In this document: positions 10,301 through 24,038 of the stretch, one piece after another | Layout of the letters: the number at the start of each line of letters is the position of its first letter | Numbering within the stretch: the stretch's first letter is position 1 | Source of the DNA: an uncultured Prevotellaceae bacterium | GTDB lineage: Bacteria; Bacteroidota; Bacteroidia; Bacteroidales; Bacteroidaceae | Direction of reading: 5' to 3' | Assembly: GCA_902786665.1 (NCBI GenBank) | Contig: CADADN010000058.1 | Location: forward strand, 4,866-68,865 | Length of the DNA: 64,000 bases | Notes under the pieces: generated by a model | Database searches by the model: none | The model's input: the letters and a program-made list of their open reading frames with translations, nothing else | What the model was told of the DNA's origin: nothing | Program-made: the position numbers and the translations under genes

Positions 10301-10531
10301 GCGAAGTATGAGGAAGGACGCCCCGCCAACATCCCCATCCAGGCGAAACCGCTGCTCGGCGACGTCAACGGCGACGGCACGGTCACAATATCCGACATCA
10401 CACTCATGGTGAACTACGTGCTCCAAAAGACCAACGACATCGTGTTCCAGAACGCCGATGTCAACAAAGACGAGAAATACAACATCTCCGATGTCACCAT
10501 GATCGTCAACATCATCCTCAACAACCCATGA
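7370..10531 (+). CDS. C10-family (streptopain/SpeB-like) cysteine peptidase with Spi-like prodomain and C-terminal dockerin-like module
   Basis: GGFVIVSGD prodomain; catalytic VGCGATAMAQVM, GGHAFVIDGYD, FHVNWGW; C-terminal GDVNGDGTVTISD...ADVNKDEKYNISD. Confidence 0.9.
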   Translation: MKQQILLFFLLLLATGISAAPVDQEAAKQSAKTFMAQRGKKKVDRMSLAYKGTSTRAHRMPGTTPPHPAYYVFNNKEEGGFVIVSGDSRTATILGYSDEGSFDPANIPENMAEWLKGYADQIAYLDEADIQTSQTGRMKSPTMRAINPLLKSRWTQDTPFSNLLPVISGSHLPVGCGATAMAQVMYYHQWPQATIADIPGYKNTVQYSNYDEISFDTIPAGQTFDWANMKDVYGGRETDAQNNAVAVLSRCCGVALKMRYAQGGSSSSLSDYPHALTTYFGYDSKVEHKKRENYGYDAWMQMLYKELSEGRPVAYGGQSGGGGHAFVIDGYDGEELFHVNWGWNNGTDGYFLLSVLNPNDNSGTGASSTGSGYNLDQEAVIGIQPSTGGQSTTPDDETPLQLTFDIDKIVGDTISGRYHNYTGEQKTFLYTLGYYDEAGELQTCSGLYGNNLPSGYYWYFDLDVRITQPGRYIVFPMSKVYGTEEWVPMPHNVNYIEVIVDEDGTRTLIWHPIKALEATFAYSEPKFVGVPQKVDIAIKNIGEEYTGNLYFFATNSEADFSSKSSFNIQLIPGKSTNARVGFTPSAVGNYDIALATDAAGNDIIATSSVYITEGSYTTDEILTTKVTLENTTGRKIYGNKIKGVYTITNPTETTWSGRLRFFIYHNDNGGSGTYYSVQYIDYSEVLQPGESVGLPFEYTGVYGDYYIIGMKYMRTYHEVGTSGTYQLLRGYVTYKADGTVNGAPATGAITIGDDVVAVDFNGITEDAITSITPNGNPNTLYYLSEGSTLASKFTANVNNIVYGTASTSITLVDNHDFYIPITFTADHVTYSRRPALVSDGDKWETIALPFEVGRVTVSGREIDYHHSLSDQGKEFWVKEFNEYEGKDIYFGIPKKMEAYVPYLIGFSSTLAGKDVVFEGTDATLISDSKLVSGSQYYNLIGTMVSLAKRNVYMVSADGTKFTLKSQATVPPFRAYMNAKYEEGRPANIPIQAKPLLGDVNGDGTVTISDITLMVNYVLQKTNDIVFQNADVNKDEKYNISDVTMIVNIILNNP

Positions 10532-10561
10532 GGTCTTGAGAGATTTTAGGAGATAATAGTA

Positions 10562-10600
10562 AAGCAGGCCGGAAAAAGAATTTCCGGCCTGCTTGCTTTT
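10562..10600. terminator. Bidirectional intrinsic terminator
   Basis: AAGCAGGCCGGAAA / TTTCCGGCCTGCTT stem between convergent genes. Confidence 0.8.
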
Positions 10601-10642
10601 GAGAGACTATTGCGAGAGACGCATTGTCGCGGCGGGCTATTC

Positions 10643-11980
10643 TTATACGATGCCCTGTGCCATCATGGCGTTGGCCACCTTCATGAACCCGGCGATGTTG
10701 GCGCCCTTCACATAGTTGATGTATCCGTTCTTCTCGGTACCGTACTTCACACACTGCTCATGGATGTTGGCCATGATGGTGTGGAGCTTCTGGTCTACCT
10801 CGTCCCTGCTCCAGGAGATGCGCATGGAGTTCTGCGTCATCTCCAGTCCGGAGGTAGCCACGCCGCCGGCGTTTACAGCCTTGCCCGGTGCGAAGAGTTG
10901 CCCTGCGGCGATGAACTTGTCGACAGCCTCTGCCGTGCATCCCATATTGGAGACCTCTGCTACGCATAGCGTCTTGTTGGCCAGGAGCATGTCGGCATCG
11001 TCGCCATTAAGTTCGTTTTGTGTGGCGCAAGGCAGGGCGATGTCCACCTTCACCTCCCACGGCTTCTTGCCCTCGTAGAAGGTGGAGCCGGGGAATTCCT
11101 CGGCATAAGGTTCGCAGACGTCGTTGCCGCTGGCCCTCAGTTCGAGCAAATATTCTATTTTCTCGTCGTCAAGTCCGGCGGGGTCGTAGATGTATCCGTC
11201 CGGTCCCGAGATGGTCACCACCTTGGCACCCAGTTCGGTAGCCTTCTTGGCAGCACCCCATGCCACGTTTCCGAATCCGCTGATGGCCACGGTCTTTCCC
11301 TTGATGTCAATGCCGTGTGTTTCCAGCATCTGGTGTACGAAATACAAGGCTCCATAGCCAGTAGCCTCGGGTCTGAGGATGGAGCCTCCCCATTCCAGTC
11401 CCTTGCCGGTGAGCACACCCTGGTATTGGTGGGTCAGTTTCTTGTACATGCCGAAGAGGTATCCTATTTCTCGTCCTCCCACGCCGATGTCGCCTGCCGG
11501 CACGTCCATGTCGGGACCTATGACCTTGTGCAGTTCGAGCATGAACGCCTGGCAGAAGCGCATCACCTCCGCGTCGCTGCGTCCACGGATGGAGAAGTCG
11601 CTGCCACCCTTGCCGCCTCCCATGGGGAGCGTGGTGAGCGCGTTCTTGAAGGTCTGCTCAAAGCCGAGGAACTTCAGGATGGAGAGGTTGACGGAAGAGT
11701 GGAACCTCAGTCCTCCCTTGTATGGCCCGATGGCGCTGTTGTATTGCACGCGGTATCCGAGGTTGACATGCACTTCGCCCTTGTCGTCGACCCATGGCAC
11801 ACGGAACGTGATGATGCGCTCCGGCTCCACGATACGCTCGATGATTTTGGCTTTCTCAAACTCAGGATGCTGGTTGTAAACCTCCTCCACGGAGAGCAAC
11901 ACTTCTCTCACCGCCTGGAGATATTCCGACTCGCCTGGATGTTTCTGCTCCAAGGCACTCATGATTTTCTCAACTTCCAT
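10643..11980 (-). CDS. gdhA: NADP-specific glutamate dehydrogenase
   Basis: GPYKGGLRFH, LPMGGGKGGSDF, DVPAGDIGVGGREIG, RPEATGYG, GFGNV, PGKAVNAGGV. Confidence 0.97.
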   Translation of the reverse strand: MEVEKIMSALEQKHPGESEYLQAVREVLLSVEEVYNQHPEFEKAKIIERIVEPERIITFRVPWVDDKGEVHVNLGYRVQYNSAIGPYKGGLRFHSSVNLSILKFLGFEQTFKNALTTLPMGGGKGGSDFSIRGRSDAEVMRFCQAFMLELHKVIGPDMDVPAGDIGVGGREIGYLFGMYKKLTHQYQGVLTGKGLEWGGSILRPEATGYGALYFVHQMLETHGIDIKGKTVAISGFGNVAWGAAKKATELGAKVVTISGPDGYIYDPAGLDDEKIEYLLELRASGNDVCEPYAEEFPGSTFYEGKKPWEVKVDIALPCATQNELNGDDADMLLANKTLCVAEVSNMGCTAEAVDKFIAAGQLFAPGKAVNAGGVATSGLEMTQNSMRISWSRDEVDQKLHTIMANIHEQCVKYGTEKNGYINYVKGANIAGFMKVANAMMAQGIV

Positions 11981-12025
11981 AGTAACTCGTTTTACAGGTT
12001 ATAATATGTTTTCCTAAAAGGTACG

Positions 12026-12033
12026 CAAATTTA
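12026..12033 (-). promoter_or_regulatory. Bacteroidota -7 promoter element for gdhA
   Basis: TAAATTTG on the minus strand ~45 nt upstream of the ATG. Confidence 0.6.
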
Positions 12034-12160
12034 TTGAATATTCATGTGACTTCCAAATTTTTCGGGAGTTTTTTTTCTTCTTGGCTTTCATTTTGGGGAT
12101 GCGGGAGTAAATCGGAGTGCCAGAGTGGTCATGAGCCTTAACATAAAAAATGCATATAAA

Positions 12161-12228
12161 CTTGTTTTTCAACATATAATTGACATGGTTTCAACATATA
12201 ATTGACTTGTTTTTCAACATATAATTAT
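12161..12228. repeat. Three direct repeats of TCAACATATAATTGA, 22-23 bp period
   Basis: Copies at 12169-12183, 12191-12205 and 12214-12228 (third is degenerate at its 3' end). Confidence 0.85.
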
Positions 12229-12325
12229 CATGTAATTAATCATTAATTGATGCTCGCATTAATGGATAATTTATGACAATTCGTGTTACAAGCCAAAATG
12301 GTCGTGAGACAAATGGTCCTTTGGG

Positions 12326-12400
12326 CGTTCGGGCGGGGACAAGACCCGCCCCAACGACTTCGGGGGACATTCCGCAAGGGAGACGGGATACTTCCCGTCT
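12326..12400. repeat. Two REP-like GC-rich palindromes
   Basis: GGGCGGGGACAAGACCCGCCC and AGACGGGATACTTCCCGTCT. Confidence 0.5.
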
Positions 12401-12483
12401 TTATAGTGTGCACGGGAAGTATGGCAATACGGATATTTTCGAAAAAAGCGAACAAAAGCCAATGCTGTTTGCGGAAAATGAAG

Positions 12484-12491
12484 TACCTTTG
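12484..12491 (+). promoter_or_regulatory. Bacteroidota -7 promoter element
   Basis: TACCTTTG upstream of the CDS at 12617. Confidence 0.55.
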
Positions 12492-12616
12492 TACTTTATA
12501 AAAAAAATGACATAAGTTTTTCCCTCGTTCATTGGTGCAGAGTTGTAACAAGGGACGAGGAAATGCCAAGGGTGCTTCGATGCGGGCAAGACGTCAAAAG
12601 GTATCTTTAAAGCTAA

Positions 12617-13735
12617 ATGATGAAACGATTCTACTTGCTTCTTTTGCTTCAATGTCTCTGCCAACTGGCTTTCGCAGGTGGTGGGGTCGTGAATCTGATT
12701 AAAAAGCTGGGGACTATCATAGACAATGCCACTTGGAGGGGCATAGACTCCACCTATATCATCGTACCCCAAAAACCATGGCAGTTGATTTCACGAACCA
12801 ATGTCAACCAGACCACGTATCATATGGACGCGGTATTGGTCAACGACCCTGAAAAGATAGAATATCGGATGGATTTTGAACCCACCCTGACCACAGGAGT
12901 GGGTTGGTCTACGGGACTGTGGTTGGGATACAGGGGCTATGGCCTGGGGTTTCAGAAGTCGATAAGCAAAAACGATGACTACAATTTCGGGCTGAGCGCC
13001 TGTGGCAGCAAATACGGACTGAACGTCCGTCTGCGGCATTATGAAGCATCGAAGATGGACTTGCACTTTGAGGCCAGTTTCCCAAATGAGGAGAACTCCG
13101 AGCTCCGATATGTTGAGGATGGTGAAAACCTGGAACTTGAGTCCCCCATCTCTTATAAGACCTTGTTTGTCGAAGGGTATTACCTTTTTAATGGAAAACA
13201 CTACTCCAACACCGCTGTTTTCGACCAAAGCGTGCAACAAGTGAAGTCGGCTGGTTCGCTAATGGTGGGCTTCACCTGGTTCAAGTCGTCGGTGGAGCAT
13301 TCCAATCAGAAGAATGCCATTTTAGTCGACCTTATGAACAATGTGGGGCAAACAAAGCAATGGCAATTCGCGATGGGAGCAGGCTATGCATACAACTGGG
13401 TGCCACGGCGCAATTGGCTGTTGGGCATTCAGGCTTTGCCCATGCTCACGCTCCTCAACCGCATCAAAACATGGGAATACAAATTGGTTGAATCCGACAC
13501 GGTGGAGCCAGAAGATGGCGAGTATTCACCCATCATGCTCATTCCTGACAAGGTTGAGACAAAGAAAAGCCGCATCATGCCTGGTGGAGTGGCCCGAGCC
13601 GGAGTGGTTTACAACCACAAACAGTTCTTTGTCACGGCAACCGGACAAGTCAGCAGCTATGGATATAAGCATGACAACAACAGCCTCCGACTGGTAGACT
13701 GGTATGCCAACGCCTCTTTGGGCGTCAGGTTCTGA
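12617..13735 (+). CDS. DUF4421-like outer-membrane beta-barrel protein
   Basis: Signal peptide; GIDSTYI..P, GLWLGYRGYG, Q.KSAGS, GAGYAYNWVP; C-terminal ASLGVRF (terminal Phe). Confidence 0.75.
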   Translation: MMKRFYLLLLLQCLCQLAFAGGGVVNLIKKLGTIIDNATWRGIDSTYIIVPQKPWQLISRTNVNQTTYHMDAVLVNDPEKIEYRMDFEPTLTTGVGWSTGLWLGYRGYGLGFQKSISKNDDYNFGLSACGSKYGLNVRLRHYEASKMDLHFEASFPNEENSELRYVEDGENLELESPISYKTLFVEGYYLFNGKHYSNTAVFDQSVQQVKSAGSLMVGFTWFKSSVEHSNQKNAILVDLMNNVGQTKQWQFAMGAGYAYNWVPRRNWLLGIQALPMLTLLNRIKTWEYKLVESDTVEPEDGEYSPIMLIPDKVETKKSRIMPGGVARAGVVYNHKQFFVTATGQVSSYGYKHDNNSLRLVDWYANASLGVRF

Positions 13736-13759
13736 AAAGGGGCTTGTTGATAATAAATG

Positions 13760-13902
13760 TCGGAATAATCGGAGTAATCGGAGTAATCGGAGTAATCGGA
13801 GTGATTGGAATAATCGGAGTGATCGGAGTATCGGAGTAATCGGAATAATCGGAAAAATCGGAGTGGTCGGAATTGTCCGACCACTCCGATTTTTCCGATT
13901 AT
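13760..13902. repeat. 9-mer (ATCGGAGTA)n array ending in a perfect 27-bp inverted repeat, probably a bidirectional terminator
   Basis: About 12 degenerate units; arms 13845-13871 and 13876-13902 are exact reverse complements. Confidence 0.92.
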
Positions 13903-13916
13903 GCGTCAGTCAGGCT

Positions 13917-15641
13917 TTATTTGCCCAGCCTGGCCTCCACCACGTTGACCACGTAGTCGCCGAGTTTCTCACATTCGCTGACGATGTCGGTGAACATGGT
14001 ACCCATGGCATAGTCATACTGATGGTCGTTGACAGAAGTGATGTTCTCTTTCTTCAATTCGTCACGCATGGAATTGATTTCGATTTCTATGCGCAGGGTG
14101 TCGTCGAGGTTGACATCCTCACGCCTCGAATTCATCACGTTGTCCATCTGCACGAGCGACTTGTCGGTGACCTCCATCATCTTGTGTATTTCATCCTTCA
14201 GGTGCTCGGGGAAATCCTTCCCCGACTCATGTAGGCGGTTGATGGAACGCCCGAGGTTGTAACAAGCGTCGCCGATGCTCTCGATTTCGCTGATTTGCCT
14301 GAGCATGGACCGTATCTTCTGCTTCGTCTCGTCACTCAGGTGTGCGTTGCTCACCTCTTCGAGGTATTTGGCGATTTCTATCTCCATGTTGTCGGAGATG
14401 TCCTCGTATTTCCTGATGCGCTCGAAGAGTTTGCCGAATTTCTCGTCATCATGCTCTTCCAAGAGTTCGCGCACCATTCCAAACATGCGGTGCATCCTCG
14501 TTGCGAAGTGTGTGATTTCCTTCTGAGCCTGCAGCACGGCGATTTCCGGAGTTTTCATCAGGCCGGCTCCGATGTACTTCAGTTTCAGCGGTTCGTCCTC
14601 CTCGTTTTCAGCCTTCTTCTTCCCCTTGATGACAGCGCACACGATTTTCTCGATTTGCGGTATGAACCATATGAGGATGAAGGTGTTGGCCACGTTGAAA
14701 CATGTGTGGAATGTGGCGAGCACGACGCTCAGTTTTGCGGCATTGGCGAGGAAGGCTTCATTGCCTACCACATCTTTCACCATGGTGGTATCATAGCCCA
14801 CCAGCGAGCACACCCAGTCGATGAAGGGGTGTAGAATGATGAGTATCCAGCACACGCCGAAGAGGTTGAAGAACATGTGCGACAACGCAGTCCTCCTCGC
14901 CTGCGTGGAAGCCGTCATGGCCGCCAGGTTTGAGGTGACGGTGGTGCCGATATTCTCACCCATGACCAATGCGATGCCTTGGTAGATGGGCAGAGCACCG
15001 CTGGAGCACAAGATCATGGTGATGGCCATCACTGCTGCGGATGACTGCACGCACATGGTGAGAATACTTCCTATGAGCAGGAAGATGAGCGTTGTGGAGA
15101 AGCTGGAGGGGTCGAAAGCCTGGAAGAAATTGAGTATGGCGGGTTGCTCACCTAGTTTCATGGCCTCTCCGGTGTCGCGCAGCGTACCGAGTCCGAGCAA
15201 GAGGAAGGCGAGTCCGAAGAGGAATCCACCCACGTTCTCATGCTTCTTGCGATAGATGAGCAAGAGGGCGATGACGAACACGGGCCACACGAAGTCGGAG
15301 ATTTTGAATGCCACTCCCACGGTCATGATCCACGCGGTGAGCGTCGTTCCGATGTTGGCCCCCATGATGACGCTGATGGCTTGTGCCAGGGAGAGCAATT
15401 CGGCATTGACGAAGGATACCGTCATCACCGTCGTTGCGGTGGAACTTTGCACAGCCGCCGTGACGAGCACGCCGGTGAGCATGCCGGTGAAGCGATTGGT
15501 TGTCATGCGGCCAAGGATATGCCTCAACTGCGGTCCTGCCATTTTCTGCAAGGAGTCGCTCATGGTCTTCATGCCGAAGACGAGGAGTGCGAGCGACCCG
15601 AGCAATCGGAGAACCATGATGATGATGCTTTGGTTTTCCAT
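13917..15641 (-). CDS. Na+/phosphate cotransporter (NptA/YjbB family) with PhoU domains
   Basis: Duplicated VQSS and GANIGTT/GENIGTT motifs; PhoU-type ESIGD and EKLGD. Confidence 0.93.
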   Translation of the reverse strand: MENQSIIIMVLRLLGSLALLVFGMKTMSDSLQKMAGPQLRHILGRMTTNRFTGMLTGVLVTAAVQSSTATTVMTVSFVNAELLSLAQAISVIMGANIGTTLTAWIMTVGVAFKISDFVWPVFVIALLLIYRKKHENVGGFLFGLAFLLLGLGTLRDTGEAMKLGEQPAILNFFQAFDPSSFSTTLIFLLIGSILTMCVQSSAAVMAITMILCSSGALPIYQGIALVMGENIGTTVTSNLAAMTASTQARRTALSHMFFNLFGVCWILIILHPFIDWVCSLVGYDTTMVKDVVGNEAFLANAAKLSVVLATFHTCFNVANTFILIWFIPQIEKIVCAVIKGKKKAENEEDEPLKLKYIGAGLMKTPEIAVLQAQKEITHFATRMHRMFGMVRELLEEHDDEKFGKLFERIRKYEDISDNMEIEIAKYLEEVSNAHLSDETKQKIRSMLRQISEIESIGDACYNLGRSINRLHESGKDFPEHLKDEIHKMMEVTDKSLVQMDNVMNSRREDVNLDDTLRIEIEINSMRDELKKENITSVNDHQYDYAMGTMFTDIVSECEKLGDYVVNVVEARLGK

Positions 15642-15690
15642 ATTCAGAAGTTTGTTGATGGAAAGATGAAATCAAGCATTAGCCACGTCT

Positions 15691-17628
15691 TTAGAACCTG
15701 ATGACCATAAAAGCCTTGCCGGGAACATTCACGGGGAGCACGTCCTTGTTGCCCTGCAGGTTGACGGTGGTCGGCTTGATGGTTTCAGGCCTTCCCACGA
15801 GGTTCTCCATGTCGAGGTTTCCTGTGAGGATGGTGCCCTTTGCCTGGCCGATGCTCTTGAGTCCCTTGAAGGTGATTTCCACCTGTTGGTTGTTGTCGGA
15901 AGAGTTGGCGATTTTCACGATATACTCCTTGGTGTCCTTGTCGTATGCTGCGGAAGCATAGAGTCCGTCTTTTCCTTCCACGGGTTTCTTGTCCTCGGTG
16001 AGGCTGAGCACGTTGGTTCCCTTGTTGGTGCCGTAGAGCATCTGCACATACCAGTTGGGGGTGCGTGCGGAAGTGAGGTTGTCAAACCAGATGAGGTCGG
16101 GTTTCCACTGCCATCCCTCGACGTGAGCGAAGAGTGGTGCATAGGTGGCTTGGTATACCACGTCGGCGTTGCGCTCCAGACCCGTCATGAAAGCAGCCTC
16201 TGAGAGAGCGGCCTCCCAGTTGTTCACCTCGCGTGCTCCCCTGCCATGGGCAGCGTATTCCCCGGCGAAGACCTTTGGTCCCTTGCGGTCGTAGTTGTCA
16301 TATCGTCCGGCATTCTCGAAGAACCACTGCGGCGGCTTGTAGTAATGCTCGTCCACGAGGTCCACCTTGAGCCGTTTCATCTCCTTCCATCCATAGTCGA
16401 AGTCTTTGCCATCAGCCGATGGACCGCTGCTGCCGCAAATGAGCATCTTGGGGTATTTGCTCCTGATGGCATTGATAAAGAGTTCGAGGCGTTCCGGGTA
16501 GAGTTCGCCCCATTGCTCGTTGCCCACGCCGATTTGCTTGAGATTGAAGGGAGCGGGATGCCCCATGTCGGCCCTCAGTTTTCCCCATTTGGTGTCGGTG
16601 CCGCCGTTGGCAAACTCGATGAGGTCGAGTGCGTCGTCGATGTAGGGCTGCATCTGGTCGAGTGCCACGTGTGCCTTGATGTCGTCGTTCTGGAACTGGC
16701 AGGCCAGTCCGCAACTGACGACGGGAAGTGGCTCAGCGCCGATTTTCTCGGAGAGGAGGAAGAACTCATAGAATCCCATGCCGTAGGTCTGGAAATAGTT
16801 GGGATACATGCGGTGCGGGAAGGTGTAGTTCCACCTGTTTTCGTTGAGAGGCCTGTTCTCCACCTGTCCGACGGAGTTTTTCCACTGGTACCTTGTAGCG
16901 AGGTCGGTGCCCTCGACGATGCATCCGCCGGGGAAGCGGAAGATGCCAGGATGTAGTTCTTCCAGGTCCTTGACGAGGTCGGCCCTCAGCCCGTTCCAGT
17001 TGTCGGATGGGAAGAGCGAGACGTGGTCGAGGTCCACGCCTTCTGCCGACTCGAGGAAGATGCGCATCAGTCCCTTCGGGTCGGTGATGTTCGGCGTGAT
17101 GGAGCAGGTGTATTTCTTCCAATCCCTGCTGTCGATGGTGATTTTCTCATCTTTGATGATGCCGTTGCGCGAGTTGACGAGTTCCACCCTGATTCTTGCG
17201 GGTTTGCTTCCTGCGTCGTGTAGTCTGGCATAGACGGAGAAGTCATACCTGAGGTCTTTCTTGAATCCCATGCCGAAGAACCCCCTGTTCTCTATTCCAG
17301 AGCGCTTGTGTGCGTGCTTGGGGTCGGTGATGGCCACATAGTGTGGGTTGTTGGGGAAGGCGGGACGGTCGTCACGCAGTTCCACGTTGCCGAAGACATC
17401 CCATCCCATGAGGCGGCTTGGGAACTCGAAGGAGCGGTTCTGCACCATCTCGGCATACAATCCGCCGTCGGCGCCGAAATTGATGTCCTCGAAAAAGATG
17501 CCATACATGGTGGGTTGTATGACGGCACCCAGTTTCTTGGTCTGTACAGTGAGTTTTCTTTGTGCATTGGCGGGCAAGGCCAAAGCGGCTGCCAAGGCCA
17601 TGATGGCCAAAAACTGTAGTTTTCTCAT
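15691..17628 (-). CDS. GH51 alpha-L-arabinofuranosidase
   Basis: MYGIFFEDINFGADGGLYAE, FRFPGGC, GVGNEQWG, VFAGEY, MTGLERNADVV. Confidence 0.93.
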   Translation of the reverse strand: MRKLQFLAIMALAAALALPANAQRKLTVQTKKLGAVIQPTMYGIFFEDINFGADGGLYAEMVQNRSFEFPSRLMGWDVFGNVELRDDRPAFPNNPHYVAITDPKHAHKRSGIENRGFFGMGFKKDLRYDFSVYARLHDAGSKPARIRVELVNSRNGIIKDEKITIDSRDWKKYTCSITPNITDPKGLMRIFLESAEGVDLDHVSLFPSDNWNGLRADLVKDLEELHPGIFRFPGGCIVEGTDLATRYQWKNSVGQVENRPLNENRWNYTFPHRMYPNYFQTYGMGFYEFFLLSEKIGAEPLPVVSCGLACQFQNDDIKAHVALDQMQPYIDDALDLIEFANGGTDTKWGKLRADMGHPAPFNLKQIGVGNEQWGELYPERLELFINAIRSKYPKMLICGSSGPSADGKDFDYGWKEMKRLKVDLVDEHYYKPPQWFFENAGRYDNYDRKGPKVFAGEYAAHGRGAREVNNWEAALSEAAFMTGLERNADVVYQATYAPLFAHVEGWQWKPDLIWFDNLTSARTPNWYVQMLYGTNKGTNVLSLTEDKKPVEGKDGLYASAAYDKDTKEYIVKIANSSDNNQQVEITFKGLKSIGQAKGTILTGNLDMENLVGRPETIKPTTVNLQGNKDVLPVNVPGKAFMVIRF

Positions 17629-17661
17629 TGTCTTATATCTATTAATGTGAATAACGAAGAA

Positions 17662-22013
<4,352 letters not shown>

Positions 22014-22030
22014 TTTAATTTGAACTTGCT

Positions 22031-22210
22031 GGAGTTAAAGAGGAGTTAAAGAGGAGTTAAAGGGGAGTTCTCCCTCGCCCCCGGCCTGCGGCCACCCCCT
22101 CTCAGGCAGAGGGGGAGGAGTTAAAGGGACGTATGTCCACTTCATCACCATTTTTAATCATCTTCTGCACCATCTTTTATATATCCCATTTTATTCCATC
22201 ATTTATTTAC
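22031..22210 (-). repeat. 11-mer array element with GC-rich module and AT-rich flank; family copy 2
   Basis: (GGAGTTAAAGA/G)x3, then TTCTCCCTCGCCCCCGGCCTGCGGCCACCCCCTCTCAGGCAGAGGGGG, then AGTTAAAGGGACGTATG; flank aligns with 30530-30610. Confidence 0.9.
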
Positions 22211-22221
22211 GAAAGTTAAGA

Positions 22222-22360
22222 TTTCAATCTTCAAAGTTGCGATTAAGCGAGGGCAGACCAAGCTTGCTTGAAGTCTGCCGAGCGTGAGCAACTTCGGCCG
22301 CAGGCCAATCTTCAATCTTCATTCGGCCGCAGGCCAATCTTCAATCTTCAATCTTCAATT
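22222..22360 (+). repeat. 7-mer (AATCTTC)n array with embedded GGCAGAC/GTCTGCC hairpin and two GGCCGCAGGCC modules
   Basis: Read directly; partial copy at 3320-3380. Confidence 0.9.
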
Positions 22361-22364
22361 TCTC

Positions 22365-23648
22365 TTACCATTTGTCAGGTGTCTTGGGGTCGTCGGCCCA
22401 TCTGTGGTCTTTCGGGAAAGGTTGTCCACCCCACGCCTTCACCTGTGTCCATGGCTGCGGCTCATCCTTCCAGAATGGGTGGTCGGCAGGTAGTCCCAGC
22501 GGCATGAAAGCGAGTGAAGACATATAGAGGCTTCCGTTGTTGGTGTACCAATCGGCTGTTTCTGGTTGCGAGCCGCAGAAGCCGATGGTGAGGAATCCTC
22601 CACTGTTGTAGTTGTTGTTGTAATCGAACATCCGATGGAATACCTGTGTGAGTGCCGCCCGCACCTGTCCGTTGGAGAGTTCCTGCGGCAGTGTCTGATA
22701 CCAAGCCATCAATGCAAGGGGTTGCATGGCGGCCATCCTGTAGGGCGTGCTTCTCCCGATGACCGGGAAGGTGCCTTCCGGCGAGATGAATCGTTCGAGG
22801 ATGATGGAGAATTTCTGTGCCCGTTTCAAGGCGCGTGCATGGTATTTCTTGTAGTCTATGCGGGTGTTGGCCCTTGCGTCGATCATGGCCTGCAGCGTCT
22901 CGAGGTACATGGCGTGGAAGACATAACTGGTGTAATAGTCGAAGGCGAAGACCGGTCCGTCGGCATACCATCCGTCGCCCACATACCACTCCTCCACCTT
23001 GCGGCAAGCGGTGTTGACCCGGAACTGGTCATAAGGCGCTCCGCTTTTGGCGAGGAAACTCTCGATGACGGATGAAAAGAGGAACCAGTTGGTGTATGGC
23101 GGGTCGATGCCCCTGAGGCTTGTGAACTCCTTGATGTAACGCTGCTTGGTGGTTTCGTCGAGAGGCATCCACAACTGGTCGTAGGCACGGAGGAAACTCT
23201 CTGCCAGGTATGCGGCATCCACGAGCACCTGTCCTTCACCTTTCCATACCAGGTAGTCGGGCGACTCCGGGTCGACGGCGTTCTTGTAACTAGCGAGCGC
23301 CCATTCTCTCAACTCCTTCCGCTGCTTGCCTTCCGGGGTGTCATCGTCGGGCAGCGAGAGCCAGGGTGCAATGCCAGCCATCAGCCTGCCGAAGGTTTCC
23401 ATGAACACCACCTTGCGGTTGCGGTTGTCGAAACTCGGGCTGTATTCGGTCACCATGTTTTTCTGCAACTCGCCTTTTGCCATGTTCTGCAAGACGGGTT
23501 GTGCCATATTGTAGGCAAGTGAGCACCAATATTCACGGTCGGTCTGTATCTTTGCCTTTTTCTTGGGCTTTCCCGCATCGACCGACACCGCTGGCAGCAA
23601 GACCAGAAGCATCAGGCAAAGGACTTTCATCACCTTGTTTTTCATCAT
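22365..23648 (-). CDS. DUF2264 / GH154-family glycoside hydrolase (putative beta-glucuronidase)
   Basis: Signal peptide; ETFGRLMAGIAPWL, WYVGDGWYADG, FDYY, GRSTPYR, GSLYM; start taken at MMKNK. Confidence 0.82.
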   Translation of the reverse strand: MMKNKVMKVLCLMLLVLLPAVSVDAGKPKKKAKIQTDREYWCSLAYNMAQPVLQNMAKGELQKNMVTEYSPSFDNRNRKVVFMETFGRLMAGIAPWLSLPDDDTPEGKQRKELREWALASYKNAVDPESPDYLVWKGEGQVLVDAAYLAESFLRAYDQLWMPLDETTKQRYIKEFTSLRGIDPPYTNWFLFSSVIESFLAKSGAPYDQFRVNTACRKVEEWYVGDGWYADGPVFAFDYYTSYVFHAMYLETLQAMIDARANTRIDYKKYHARALKRAQKFSIILERFISPEGTFPVIGRSTPYRMAAMQPLALMAWYQTLPQELSNGQVRAALTQVFHRMFDYNNNYNSGGFLTIGFCGSQPETADWYTNNGSLYMSSLAFMPLGLPADHPFWKDEPQPWTQVKAWGGQPFPKDHRWADDPKTPDKW

Positions 23649-23674
23649 TTCAAGTAGTTGTATGGTATGGTATG

Positions 23675-23682
23675 CAAATTTA
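23675..23682 (-). promoter_or_regulatory. Bacteroidota -7 promoter element for the glycosidase run
   Basis: TAAATTTG on the minus strand 27 nt upstream of the ATG. Confidence 0.6.
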
Positions 23683-24038
23683 CAAAAAAACGTGTTATTT
23701 GCAAAAAAAACGTGGAAAAAAAGTGGTGTAGGAAACAAACAACTTGAAATCACTTCATCCATCAGCACTTATTGCCATTTCTTCATATAGCGATTACGGA
23801 GACTTTTCTGCCATATTCGTATGAAGAGGATGCCATTTAACACCTGTTCATACCCTTTTTTCATGGTTTTTTACTATTTTTGCGCTTCAATACGAAATCA
23901 CCCCGTTTTGGAATATATGAATGGTTGTAAAAGTCATGCCCGATCAAGAACTACAACGTGTTCTCCATTGGCAGTAACTTTGGCACAAAGAACCAGGGCA
24001 TGAAAAAGGAAAAGGACCTAAAGCAGTAAGGAATTGAC

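Noticed and set aside
22102-22173. Leader peptide (MVQKMIKNGDEVDIRPFNSSPSA) inside the 11-mer element, in frame also in copy 3
   Set aside because: Differences between the two copies are mostly non-synonymous and the ATG is not conserved.
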